The translations under genes were made by a program, and so were the position numbers. From Octopus vulgaris (lineage: Eukaryota), in contig OX597824.1 in assembly GCA_951406725.2 (NCBI GenBank), positions 14,074,001 through 14,138,000 on the forward strand: a DNA stretch of 64,000 nucleotides, read 5' to 3'. Shown here in pieces: positions 38,304 to 53,690 of this stretch. How positions within the stretch are numbered: position 1 is the first letter of the stretch; each line of letters starts with the position of its first letter. The notes beneath the pieces are model-generated. The model did not search any database. It had not been told where the DNA came from and worked only from the letters and a program-made list of their open reading frames with translations.

Positions 38304-40539
38304 AAGGTGGCGAGCTGGTAGAAGCGTTAGCGCGCTGGACGAAATGTTCAGCGGTTTTTCGCCTGTCACTACGTTCTGAGTTCAAAAAATTCCGCCGAGG
38401 TCGACTTTGTCTTTAATCCTTTCGGGATCGATGAAATAAGTACCAGTTCAAACTGGAGTGGAGACGATGTAATCGACTCATCCCCTCCCCCAAAACTGCT
38501 ACCATTGGGGCAAAATTCGAAACCATTAAATTCCGCCAAGGTCGACTTTGGCCTTTTATCCTTCGGGGTCGGTAAATTGAAACGCTAGGATCGGTGTAAT
38601 TGACTAGTCCCCTCCCCCAAAATTTCAGGCCTTGTGCCTATAGTAGAATGGATTATTATTATTATTATTATTATTATTCATGAGTTAGTCAGGGGAGGAA
38701 CGGCACCGATCCCGATCTTTTTTCAAGGCGTTTGACAGTCTGTGATGAAAAGTGATGGTGATGATGATGATTACATGAGCAATGTTTGTTCCTTCTCGAG
38801 CCACGCTTGGCTCATAAGGGCCGATTTCTCTGTTTCCTTGGCGTATAGGTTCCCCACCTGGACGAGTGAGAGAAAGTTGTGGCGAAAGAGTCAGCAGAAA
38901 TTCGCCATTATTTTCTGCCGGAGCCGCGTGAAACTTAGGAGTTTCGCCCATAAACACACATAGCCTGGTCTGAGATTCGAACCCTCGATCCCTCGACCGC
39001 GAGTCTGCTGCTCTAACCACTAGGCCATGTTCATCCTCTTTTATCATAATTACGTGTCAATTATTATATTCTAATTAATAATATTTTCAACTAACATTGG
39101 CACCAGACCACAAATTTGGTGTAGGGCTAGAGTGAATTATATCAAGTTCACCATTAGATTGGGACTATATTTTATCGACCTCTACTCACCACCATACCAC
39201 CAAAAGAAAAGGGAAAATGATGTAAAAGCTAAGTTGACCACACCAGACTTTGGACTCAGATCGTAAAGTACGGAGTGTAATTAAAAGGCAAAAGCATTAG
39301 GAATTAGGCCAAGATACAGAAGTAGTTTGTCTGGCGATCTAATGAGCCTGCTAATCAGCCGTCCTTAAATGAATTAAATAATATTGCTCTCAAGTTTTGG
39401 CACAAAACCAGCAATGTTTAGGAATTGGGTAGGTCGATTACATCGACTTCAGTGTTCATACTACCGATCCCATAAACACAAAAAAAATCGACCTCGGTAG
39501 AATTTGAACTAAGAACATAAAGAAATGTTTGCCCGGCGTACTAACAGTTCCGCCAACTCGTCACCTTTTTTTTACATCAAATAATATTTACCTTAAATAA
39601 ATCAAGAGAGTTTGATTGTTTTTTATATTCTTTGTTATTATTCAGTAGTTCTCGGAGAGATTCAGCGTGACACAGATTGTGACACGGCTGGCCCTTTGAA
39701 ATACAGGTACAATAGAAACAGGAAGAAAGAGTGAGAGAAAGTTGTGGTGAAAGAGTACATCAGGGTTCACCACCACCCCCTACCGGAGCCTCGTGAAGCT
39801 TTAAGTGTTTTCGCTCAATAAACACTCACAATGCCTGGTCTGGGAATCGAAACTATTATTCTGTATCATACGTGTTATTTAATGGTATTACACTATGGAT
39901 ATTTTTTATAAGTTTCTGTCCCAAACAAGGCTTCGGGTTACTGTAGAAACTCTGAAGAGAGAAAAGAAGGTGCCTACAAATTCAAAAAATATTGACTGAC
40001 AGAGAGATTGAATGACTGGATATTCTTTTCTACTCCAGGCACAAGGCCCTAAATCTTATGGGAGGAGGCCAGTCGATAACTGGTACTTAATTTATCGACC
40101 TCGAAAGGATGAGAGGCAAAGTTGACCTCGGCGGAAGTTGAACTCAGAACGTAAAGACAGACGAAATTCCAATTTCTTTACTGCCCACAAGGCGCTACAC
40201 ACAGAGGGGACAAACAATGACAGACAAACGGATTAAGTCGATTATATCGATCCCAGTGCGTAACTGGTACTTATTTAATCGACCCGGAAAGGATGAAAGG
40301 CAAAGTCGACCTCGGCGAAATTTGAGCTCAGAACGTAGCGGCAGGCGAAATACGGCTACGCATTTCGCCCGGCGTGCTAACGTTCCTGCCGGCTCGCCGC
40401 CTGCTGAATGACTGGATAATAATGACCAGGGGGAAGCAAAACGATGGTAGCGAGTTCCAGAGAACAGTTATTTAAGGAAAGAAATTATTAGGAGAAAAAG
40501 ACACGAAGAAATTTTTAGAAGAAAAATTAACACGAACCT

Positions 40540-40990
40540 CAACAGAGAAATGATGTGCTTGGGAAGAGAAACCGGACACTCGTTTCTGATCTGACACCTT
40601 CTTGACAGAAGGTAATCAAGCAATAAGTTCATCTGAGCATGAAAAGACTTATAGAAAATATACAACGAAGATATATCTCGACGATGATAAAAAGAAGATC
40701 TAATTTGAGTCAAGAACTCAATTCCGAATTCGATCAAGAAAATTAAGGCTCCCAGGGGAGGCTCCAGCCAAAGACGAAAACAAAGTCGAATGATGGCCTT
40801 ATAAAGGTACAAGATGCTCTCAGCCCTAAGAGAGATCCAATCTTTTTGGCAGCCGATACAGAAAGTAGTAAGGTGCGATAAAGCCTCAAATATTGGAGAA
40901 GGATACAATCGGTTATCTCGAACTCTGTGTTAAACTGCTTCTTCTTTTGTGGATCCCAGAAAAAATGAATTCAGGGCAGAAAGGATGCAA
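40540..40990 (-). mobile_element. Degraded CR1/Jockey-type LINE RT C-terminal fragment
   Basis: ILYLYKAIIR and HRRDISSLYIFYK motifs. Confidence 0.65.
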
Positions 40991-41300
40991 TTAAGGACAG
41001 TAAGATCTTTTGTCCGGCACTGTACACAGTCTGATAATCCTCAACAACGATATTATAGAATTATAAAGATAAATAAATAAATTTCTTTCTATCTGAAATA
41101 TTTATGTAGCAATGTGTTCCTGTACATCTATATATGTAGATGAACCACTTAGCTATGCAACCTCTTCATATACCAGTGATTCTGAAAAGGTGCGCCGCGA
41201 AACACTGGCATGCCATACAGTATAGCAATATGTGTCGCGATATGTAGCCAGATGCATCGCAAATGCGTTCGAATTATATTTTTTTAGTGTGAAATACATA

Positions 41301-41508
41301 CCGTGTTTTCCGACATACAAGTCGACATTACTATATAATGTAAATATGTAGTGTAAACGTTCAAACATCGTCACTATCTTTCCAAATCCTGCTGCATTTC
41401 ATATGGAATTTTGGGGACTCCAATGTTGTCTTGGTGTATAAATCGACCTACCTTTTTAGCTAAAAATTTTGATCTGAAAAATTTGACTTCTATATCGGAA
41501 AATACAGT
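41301..41508. mobile_element. Short pogo/Tigger-like MITE
   Basis: TA-CCGTGTTTTCCGA ... TCGGAAAATACAG-TA inverted ends. Confidence 0.6.
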
Positions 41509-42066
41509 ATGACGAAATTCTAAATATAATATCTTCATCTTTGTTTTCATTTGTTGAAAGAGAAGTGGATACTAAATAATTTTCATTCATTTGAATTATC
41601 TGGTTTTTTACGTTAAAATATAATTTTTATTTATATTTTTATTTGTTTTTTGTTAACACTAAATAGTATCTTCTTTGATTTCATGCACGATATGCAGCAA
41701 AATATTTTTTATTTGCGCTTAAGTAAACTGCGAGTAAAAACAATTTGCGAAGTATTAATCTATTAGACTGAATGTGCGCCAGTGTTAATATTTAAAGCTA
41801 CAAATGGTATCACAATTTTAAAAAAGTGATGTAAAAATCTTGTACTCTTATCTGTGTAATTCGCATTTCTAAGCTGATTAGAAGGACATGTCTTTGATTA
41901 ATCAAATGATCTAAAGGATGTGATTTACACAAATTCCCAGAGAGGATGTTGACCAGCATGTATAACAAAAGGCAAAAGCGTTAACGTCAAGCGCAAAGAT
42001 GACCATTTTGTTTTTGATGAAATTTTTGTGTCTCATACATAAAACTCTATTTCTTTATCGTTTCAG

Positions 42067-42174
42067 CAGACTGAAATAGAATACCAGTCACATGACAATC
42101 AACCAAATCTACTACACAATACGGTCGTCCTAACATTTTGTCTCGTTCTGATATCGATATTTTATGAATTCTAG
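42067..42174 (+). CDS. VWA7: VWA7-like terminal exon with hydrophobic GPI-signal-like tail
   Basis: tttcagcag (NAGNAG) acceptor, phase 0; QTEIEYQSHDNQPNLLHNTVVLTFCLVLISIFYEF*; AATAAA downstream at ~42705 and 42761. Confidence 0.75.
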   Translation, partial: QTEIEYQSHDNQPNLLHNTVVLTFCLVLISIFYEF

Positions 42175-42372
42175 AAAAAAAAAGCGAATCGTCTTAGAAT
42201 TACACTGACAGGATCGTCTGCAGATTCCTTATAACGTAACATCAAGCAAAATCAACAAAGTTTGAAGCGAATTTCATATTTCTCAAAAGCCAAATTTCAA
42301 AGTTCCACCCGTTCCCTTCCGTTAAACATTTGCGTTTTGCTGCTTCCTTAAAGTGGGAATCATAGGCATAGG

Positions 42373-42443
<71 letters not shown>

Positions 42444-42530
42444 CTGATCGGTCTTGTAACAAACTAAGTATACTGATTCTGTGAAAAGTGTTAATTTCTT
42501 TTCCCATTTCGAATATCAATTCCACATTCG

Positions 42531-42625
<95 letters not shown>

Positions 42626-42628
42626 ACA

Positions 42629-42701
<73 letters not shown>

Positions 42702-42951
42702 TTAAATAAATACATCTCTGTTCACAATCACATTCTCACATCGGTCCATTTAATGTTACTAATAAAAAAAAAACAGAAGAAGGCTAGCAACAACGTGTGA
42801 AAAGAGTGACGAGTGCGTTTGTGTGTCGAGGAGTGTGTGGTTGTGTGTGTGTGTGTATCTGCGTTTAGACTAAAAATGTGAACATTTTGCTTTAGGTTAT
42901 CTAAAGTATAGAAACTACCTACATGTGTACAGATACAGAAATATATATATA

Positions 42952-43002
<51 letters not shown>

Positions 43003-43056
43003 TTATATTTATATTTATATTTATATTTATTTATATATATATATATATACATATAA

Positions 43057-43107
<51 letters not shown>

Positions 43108-43129
43108 CCTCTGTTTTTGTACATATATA

Positions 43130-43234
<105 letters not shown>

Positions 43235-43372
43235 GTATGTATATATAAATATATGTAGGCCTTGTAACGTAGAAACACAGAAACAAATACGTAATTATAA
43301 GCATACAAACACACACACACACATACTTACATACAAATATATATATATTTGAGAGTTATTTCTCTCAGTTCA

Positions 43373-43406
<34 letters not shown>

Positions 43407-44126
43407 TATATACATATGCTTACATCCTTATCTCCATACTTATATACTTATCTTCATATGTACACACATACATACATACATACATGCATACATACATACA
43501 TACATACATACATACATACATACATACATACATACATACATACATACATACATACTGGCATACACAATCAATACATTTTGTAGTAAAGCAAATCTTTTCA
43601 TATAATGTAGATTGTCAACTTCACAGTAAGGATTGATAAGATAAAAGTGAGTGAAATCAAGCGAGTGTTACACATTTAGTGTCTGGTAAATAGATAGACC
43701 TGAAGATAGACCAGGGCGCTATTGAACTAGAAACGTGTATTCACGACTGTTGTCTTACAAACAGACAATAAGCTTGACCCTGTCCTTAATGTCGTACATT
43801 TTGAAGAAATTCTTGACTTTTAAGATTATCTCCCCTTCTCGTATGGTAAATATGACACAGCCTCTAGAGGCGAGAATAATTTTGATAAATCATGAATTTA
43901 TGTTGTATGGATTTTAATATATCTGTATTCATTTATCTTCAAATACAAGCCACTGGACACGAGTTATTTCTCTCAGTTTAATTTTTTTGTTTGAATAGAT
44001 TGGTAATTTGCTCGGTAGCTGCGTAAGCAGGTAGAAAAGAATAAAAGAGTTCACCTTAATAACAAACCGATTTGATTGAAAAGATCACTCCACGACTCCG
44101 ACTCCAGAATTCTTGGGTCAGTGTTT

Positions 44127-44223
<97 letters not shown>

Positions 44224-44267
44224 ATATATATATATATAAATACATAATACATATATGTACATACATA

Positions 44268-44307
<40 letters not shown>

Positions 44308-45045
44308 TACAGAGGGTACTAAATATATCTTGGAAAATTAAGGTAGAAGCATTTCCGCGTAACTGTGACTAAACACGTTACTTCGAAAGTATCGCAGATA
44401 ATTCAGCTGGTTAATAATTCTGTCCATACAGACTTAAACTGTTGTCTGCTTGTTCTCGGTGCCCTACAAATCTATATATGTAGCAAAGGTATATAATTGG
44501 TACATATTATGCGGTGTATCATTTAGTAAACAAAAACGAATGGGTGATTCAAAACAACACTACACGTGTTTCAATAACATGGTTTGTTTCCGAATATGAA
44601 GTCCATTACATAACTGATGGCATTACGTAATTTTGCATTGTTATGTAACCACTCCATTTCGCCAGGCGATATTCTACAAAACTATTATAGCCGTATAATA
44701 GATACAGGTAGATTAGTGCTCAGACTAGATCAAATACGATGAGAGACGGAATCCAGGTAAACAGGAGTTGGCTACAGGAAATGCAGTGGTCGAACTAATG
44801 AGAGTTAAAAAAAAAAAAGGATGAACGGCTAGTTGTTAATAGCATTATATCATTTATAAATTAATTATGCAGAAGTTAGTATACTTGTTTCTAAATGTTT
44901 GGATGTCAATGACAACCACCTGTCCATCATTTATTTTATATGTGTGTGTGCGCACACAGACACACACACATACACACACACATATATATATATATGTATG
45001 TATATATATGCATATATATACATATATATATGAATATATATATGC

Positions 45046-45098
<53 letters not shown>

Positions 45099-45261
45099 TA
45101 TATGTATATATATATATGCAAATATATATATGCATATGTATATATATGTGTTATATATATATATATATATATTCTATAACTTATATATAATACAGACATT
45201 TATACATGCATACACACACATATATATATATATATAATACACACATTTATACACACATATA

Positions 45262-45298
<37 letters not shown>

Positions 45299-45692
45299 AT
45301 GTATACATATATATGTATATATCTACATAGATATATACCCATACATACATACATTATACACGTATACAATACGTATATAATACGTATATATGCATACGTA
45401 TATACTCACAACTGCAAGTCTGGTGTGTTGACTATAAAAATATTGTTGAACGAAGGAATAAGGAAAAGCAATTTCAGAGGTGTATATTAAATTTTAAAAA
45501 TCAATCATAAAATTAAATCTTAAATACTAAAAACAATTATTTTATGTAATATAAATTTGTATATGAGAAATGTTTTATGAAATTAAGTCAAAAGCCAATT
45601 TCAGTGAAATTTAAATGTGAACTTAGGTACTGGCGAAATATTACTAAACGTTTTGTCCAGCCCCTAAGATTCTGTCAGCATTCCTGTCTTAT

Positions 45693-46053
<361 letters not shown>

Positions 46054-46944
46054 TAAAACGAATATAGTAAAATAATTAAGCAATAATAATAAAAATAATA
46101 ATAATAAAATAAAATAAAAAAAAATAAAAAAAATGATAACTAAAAAAAATGGTTAAAAAATTCATTCGGGTGTTCAGTATCTACACAACACATTTTGGGC
46201 AATGATGGCTGCCCTTTTTTATGTGTACATTAAAAAATCAACGTGAAAGGTTCCATGGGCTAAATTACGATGTAAAAAAAAACTTTCATATGATTATTAA
46301 AAGGTGTATTTAAAAGTAAAAGTTACAATAAAATAATGAAAATAAAAATAATGACAGTAAAAATAATAAAAATAAAATAATGAAAATAAAAATTAAAATA
46401 TATATAAATAATATATGTAAAAAAAATAAAATAATATATATGTATATAATATGATAATATATATGATAAAAATAAAATAATATATATGTATATAATAAAA
46501 TAATATATGTAATAAAAATAAAATAATATATATGTATATAATATAATAATATATATAATAAAAATTAAAATATATATATATAATAAAAATAAAATATATA
46601 GTTCGTTTCCAGTCGAAGTTTTACTTGAAAGGCAAAAATGTAAAACAAATGTACAAAGTGGTGCCGGTTTTAAGTCGAATTCCAATGCGAAAGTCAATGT
46701 TACCCGTATGGTATTTTTTCGCTCGACATTTCATACTTCGTGGATTATCTGCAGAAATTTAAGAGCTCCAACCTTTTAGTTCAGAGCGTATTTATCGTGG
46801 AAAAGGATGAAGAATTTTTCAGTCAGGCACAAACTGCACCTCATTGAGCCTCTATTACGCTTCGTGTTTATATGGTGCTGCTCTCTCCAAGACTGTATTA
46901 TTATATTATACGCACAACGTATTTCTTGTTCCATTCTGAATCAC

Positions 46945-46986
46945 AACTGTCTGACGAACGGATATGTGAAACTCTGAGTAGCAGTT
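46945..46986 (+). ncRNA. Type I hammerhead ribozyme motif, canonical core
   Basis: aactgt-CTGACGA-acg[gata]tgt-GAAAC-tctga-GTA-gcagtt; 6-bp stem I including one G-U pair. Confidence 0.75.
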
Positions 46987-47066
46987 TCTTTGATGTTTTT
47001 GCAGCTTTAATAATAAAGAGTGTGTGTGTGTGTATGTTCATATATATCCGTGTTAAATATTTAAAC

Positions 47067-47130
47067 CACCTGAAGAATGACTGTAACTCGAAAATTTTAA
47101 GAATTGAACAGCCATGAAACGATCGTAGTG
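47067..47130 (+). ncRNA. Type I hammerhead ribozyme motif, canonical core
   Basis: cac-CTGAAGA-atgactgt[23 nt]acagccat-GAAAC-gatc-GTA-gtg; palindromic ACGATCGT. Confidence 0.7.
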
Positions 47131-47252
47131 TTATATTAATTATCTTTTTTAATAATTTTGATATATATTTAAATAATATAAATTAATTAATCTTATGTAT
47201 TGGCTTAAGTTTTTCATTGTATGATTTGCCTAATAGTGGTTTTATCTCTAAT

Positions 47253-47312
<60 letters not shown>

Positions 47313-49079
47313 CAAAAATGACTGTACGTGTATTAAATAACTTATGAGATAAATTTATTATTGATTTATTAAAATTGTTTCCGCCTCTAAAGAGAGTAGG
47401 TCGTCTGGTATCAAATGGCACCAACTCCAAATGCGAAACAGCGACATTCTTCAGATTCATGTACAGTCTGATTGTCTGAAGACAAGAAGATCACGTGTTT
47501 TCTACCTCAATAAATATCGTCAGTATCAGTCTAGTACTTTCAGGAACGTATGTTTAACAGCTGAGACATTTAAACAAATATAAAACAAGAGTAGAAAACA
47601 TGGCCGAGGTAATTTGCATATATGAAAAGAAAATGAGCTAAGAGAAATAACTCCGAATTGCCAGTGGCATCTATTTGAACTGCAAAATCGATTATAAGTA
47701 TATTACATAACATACAAAATAATTTGGGGGGTTATTGAAACTGTCCCCCTTTTGAAGAAGGTAGACTAATCATTTGGTAGCTATTAGTTCCAGCGCTAAA
47801 TGAGAAGAGATAATCTGAAGTGTCAGCCTTAAAACAATAGGTCAATGATATACACGTCTTTCTACCTCAATATCCGCCATTAGTATAAACAATTTCTTAC
47901 TTTTTCTTCAGCAGACGAGGCACTTAGACGTACGTAAAAAGTTATATATATTCATAAGCATACACTCACACGCATACACACACACAGCCACACACACGCA
48001 GCCACACATACACACACGTATGCACTCATAGCTGCAGTTCTAGGGCATGACCCTGTCATTGAGTTTCACGTTTGATCCACGTGAGAATTATGTTAACAGT
48101 TCACGTCACTTCCACACCATGTTCACGAGTATATGATACAGCTGAACAAACTACTGAATATTCATTTCCAAAAGCAACACAGATCCATGATATATTAGTA
48201 CTTATATGCTATAAATTTTCATTAAAACTACTGGAAGGCGGCGAGCTGGCAGAATTGTTAGCATGTCGGGCGAAATGCTTAGCGGTATTTCGTCTGCCGC
48301 TACGTTCTGAGTTCAAATTCCGCCGAGGTCGACTTTGCCTTTCATCCTTTCGGGATCGATTAAATAAGTACCAGTTACGCACTGGGGTCGATATAATCGA
48401 CTTAATCCCTTTGTCTGTCCTTGTTTGTCCTCTCTGTGTTTAGCCCCTTGTGGGTAGTAAAGAAACAGGTATTTCGTCTGTCTTTATGTTCTGAATTCAA
48501 ATTCCACCGAGATCGGCTTTGCCTTTCATCCTTTCAGGATCGATAAATTAAGTACCAGTTGTGTACTGGGGTCGATCTAATCGACTGGCTGCCTCCCCAA
48601 AAATTTAGGGCCTTGTGCCTAGAGTAGAAAAGATTAATACTACTGGTAGTTTCGCTTTGTCGGCAGAAATCACTTCAGTAAAATCCACAAAATAGACTAA
48701 CTGTGTGTTCTTTGAGAATATAATTCTGATGTCCCGAGCAAAGTTCATTGTCAGAAAAGAAATTAGAAGCATACTGAAAAAACCGTAAAAAAAGTGAAGA
48801 ATATACGAATGGTGTGGAGATATATTGAATGGCTTGACATCTTCGTGGTCGTTGTCGTTCTTATTTGATGTATAACTAAATAACAGCACGATATACGTAT
48901 GCAAACGAATAATCATGCGATGCCTTAGAATAAACCATGTCGTCTGGTATTTGAAAGCTGAGTGAAGCCAGAGAGTTGACCATGTGACCTTGATTCTAAA
49001 TGTCAGCAGCAAATATTAATAATGTTTGAAGGAATATTTATTACTTCATTTCTTTATACACATATACTACATATATGTG

Positions 49080-49147
<68 letters not shown>

Positions 49148-49467
49148 AGTGTGTGTTTCGATGTTTGATTGTGTGTGCGTGCATATTTGTATGCTTGTGT
49201 TCAAGTATTAAGTATATTTTATATGTCACCTAGACTGTATGTATGTATGTGTGTATGTGTGTATATATATGTATACATATACATATATATATGTATATAT
49301 ATGCCTGTATATATATACACACATATACATATATATATATACATATATATATACATATATATATATACATACATAATTATATTGGTGCCTTATTGTACCA
49401 CTCATCTGTTTTTATATGCATATATAAATATATATATGTATGTATGTGTATATATATATATATATAT

Positions 49468-49573
<106 letters not shown>

Positions 49574-50820
49574 GTGCATTACTTTAAGCAAGAATACTTT
49601 ATGCAGTTGACACTAATGTTAGAATCCATTAAGGGTCTGAACTTGTAGACCGGTTGTTAGTGTATGGGGGTACAGCTAGATTTAAACGCATGCGCACGCA
49701 CGGATACACACACACAGAAGTGCACACACAAATACACACACATTTTCCATGAAATTGTTACAGTTTTAGAAATAACTTTATATGACTTTGCAACTTTCTC
49801 CTCTTTCATACAAAAATTAAAAAAAAAAAAACACCAATTTGCCCCTATTTTTTTCTTTCTTGGACGATGGAAGTAAATTTGCTTGTGTGCTACTTTTCTA
49901 CCAGATACAACAAATGAAAAAATACTTCAGCCAATTATCACCATATTGACAACGTATTGCTACTTAATTATCTCAATAAATAGGGAAGCTAAAAAGAAAA
50001 CCTCTAGTTCTAGAAGACTAGAGGTAATCTGTGTTGATAAAATTTCTAAGGTTAGATAGAGTGTTTCGTTTTTTTTTTCTTTTTCATCTTTTTTAATTAG
50101 TATTTCGATAAAGGAGCAGTACCTTTGCAGAAAAATTCAGGCATAGCCTCGCAATAGAATGAAATCCGCTAAAGTCACCCAAAGACCAGGTAGTGGAGTT
50201 ACACAGGGCAATGCATTAGGCCAATCAGTATATTTTGGTTGATGTTTCTCTATGGTACAAGCACTTATCTTATTTTACAAATTTTATTATACCGTTAAAT
50301 AAATATATAAAATATTTCAAAATTTATAAAAGAACGCCGATATATATTTTAAAAGAAAAAGCAAAAATATATTTTTAAAAATTTAAAAAAAAAGACAGTC
50401 AAAAGCCCTGGTGATATTGGCCGAAGCAATTCTTTCAAGCCTTCATATTCCTGTGATACTTTTTCCATTCAGAAACTGACTTAAAAAATAAATGAAAATC
50501 GTAACAAAAAAAACCCTTATGCCAATATGTTTGTTTTTATTTTGTTTTGTTTATGCATTCATATACATATATATAATAAACATACATTCATGCATATACA
50601 AATATATTTATATACTTTCATACATTCTTGTATGCAATCATCCGATGTCACATACATGCATATATATAGCTGCATATATACATATATATACATATATATA
50701 CATATATATACATATATATATACATATGTCTGTATATATACATGTATATATACATATATTTTTATATATAAATATATATATATGAATATGTGTGTATATA
50801 TATAAGTATATATATATTTT

Positions 50821-50874
<54 letters not shown>

Positions 50875-53330
50875 ATGGTAAAAAAAATTTGTTGGTTGAA
50901 ACAGAAGTAGTCACTGCCGAATAGAAAGTACTTAATACACAACAAATATAGAGTGGGGGGGGGTGCTTTTTATTCGATTAAATCGACATTTAATATGATA
51001 ATACAGTTTCGATAATACTCTTTGGAGTGTCGAGATAGAACGAAGCAAAGATGAAAAAATAAGTGAAGTCAGTTGAAATGTTAATACAATCAAAGCCAAA
51101 AACAATCCAAAATAAGGCTAACAGTTATACACGTCAATGAGGAGTTAACTATGGTGGATTTACAAACGTTAATAACAGTGGGGTGAAAAAATATTTATTA
51201 GAGGATTGTTTAATAACATAAAATATTTTATACACAAAAACAATGTTGAAACATATTAGTTGATATAGGCACGTGTATCGAGGTATCCTTCTCGAGCCAT
51301 GCCGGGCTCATAAGGGCCGGTTTCCCCGTTTCAGTGGCGTAGAAATTCCCCACCAGTCCGTCGCAGGATTACTCATTTTTGCCAGCTGAGTGGACTGGAG
51401 CATGGTGAAATGAAGTGTTTTGCTCAAGAACACAACGTATCGCCCGATCCAGGAATCGAAACCGCAACCTTACGATCATAAGATCAACACCTTAACCACT
51501 AAGCCATGCGCCTCCAAAATTAGGTATAAGACATTGTTATCGGTATGTTATCGGTATGAGAATATAACCGGCTTCTAAAACTTAACTTTTCTTCAAATAC
51601 AACGCGGAATATTTTGTGAATAGCTATTGAGTAGTTGAATGCGAAAGTTGATAGCAATTTTATTTATGACTTAAGAGAAAATACTTCTAGTATTTAGGAC
51701 TTAGAGATACTTGATCTAATGGTTTAATGACTGTTATATTGGACAGAGGCACGTATCAAGTTATGTTGTTTCGTATCTTGGTATTTGTTGTTTCTGTCAT
51801 TGGGATGGGAAGTGAAAATTGTTTCTGTCCAAAGTTTCATTGTTATATGTAAAAAAACAAATAGGTACATTAAGTGAGAAAGAAAGGTTGGATAAATAAA
51901 GTGTCTAAGAAAATAATTTAACATTTCATTAGGTTTGTGACTCATGTAAGAAAAGAAAGTGGATAGGTCTAGAATAACATAGTTTGTCTTGGGGAGATTA
52001 GCTTCTACAATTATTTGAAACTAGGATTTTTTCTGAATCCATTGGACACTCACGGATTGACACCACTTAGGAATAGAAGCCTGTCGTCTCGATAAAGGCC
52101 GCCTGTGATTCCAAGAAAGCAAAGCAGTGAAATCGTTAGTTTCAGCGGAATTTTGGACATAGTTGTACGAGCGTATAGTTAACTATTACTTGATTGATAT
52201 TTGATCTAAATTACTATTCATTGGATATTTATCAAACTTGTTTATTGAACGTGATTTAACATATATACAATTTTAAATCTTTAAAAGTATTCCTTAGTGT
52301 GGGAATAAAGCTTAATGCACGAAGTTTATTTATTTCTCTTTGTGTTGACAATAATAAACAGAAATCAATAAAAATAAGGAAATGTGATAATTAAAATAAT
52401 GAAATAAAAAATTTAAGACAGCAAAGAAAACTAAAGGTGTATAAGTGGAAAAGGATACGTACACACACACACACACACACACACATGTATATGTGTACAT
52501 ACATATAAATATACGCGAAGACACACATACCAGCTGAGTACGAATGCTAATTAATAGATAATACAAAAGAGAAAGAATACACCCCTCAATGAATACAGGT
52601 AGGGATGTTAGGGGGCTATCAGGAATGTTCTAGTAGTGAAGGTAATTTCCAATTCTTTCATATGCCCTTGATATATTGAAAACTCAGATCTATCGTTTAA
52701 TTTTTTCTTGCGAACAAATTGGAAATCTTTCTGTCGAGGTCATTGAATGTCTTAAAAACTTGAGTGGAGTAGGATCTTACGTTTATGCATGTATATACAA
52801 CAGCTATTAAACTACAATTATACCACTAGTATGAAAACTGAGATCAGGTATTCATGTATTAAAGTCAGTACATATCAACACAGTATCTCTTGTAATACAG
52901 CAGCAACGAAATATGAAGTGGATGTTATCACTATGAAAATGAAACCGGTTGTATAATAACATTATACCAAAGTGTTAGTTCAAAAAGTAGTTTCGAAATA
53001 AACATTAAATAGATTCTTAATGAAAGACCTTACAAGAATGGAAATTAAAAAAAATATATAACCTTTACACAACTGATTAAAATCTAATCTTGAAAATGTA
53101 CGCAATTATAGACTCTACTTAATCGCTAGGGTTGAAATGTTACAAAATACAGACATTACGAGAAGCACTTGTTACGTAACTGGAAATTACCATCGTTATC
53201 AGATTGGATAGATCCATTACCGCTTTTATTTGTCCACATTGTAGAATAGTTTATTTTCCCTTTCTACATATATTTATTCAGCAGGTACACACAAAGAATA
53301 TATATACATGTGTCTGTATGTGTGTGTGTT

Positions 53331-53384
<54 letters not shown>

Positions 53385-53389
53385 TATAC

Positions 53390-53450
<61 letters not shown>

Positions 53451-53526
53451 TAAATATATGTACAAACATATAAATACATATGAATGTAAATGCATAAATA
53501 TATAAATATGCATATGCATGTATGTT

Positions 53527-53578
<52 letters not shown>

Positions 53579-53621
53579 CATACATACACATATATATATG
53601 CATGTAAACACATACACATAC

Positions 53622-53668
<47 letters not shown>

Positions 53669-53690
53669 GACATAAATACAAACATATATA

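Noticed and set aside
39913-39999. Possible phase-0 exon FLSQTRLRVTVETLKREKK
   Set aside because: Weak splice sites and no homology; 42067 is a better terminal exon
46060-46600. Extremely AT-rich tract with a hydrophobic ORF (46323..46697)
   Set aside because: Degenerate low-complexity sequence, possibly low quality
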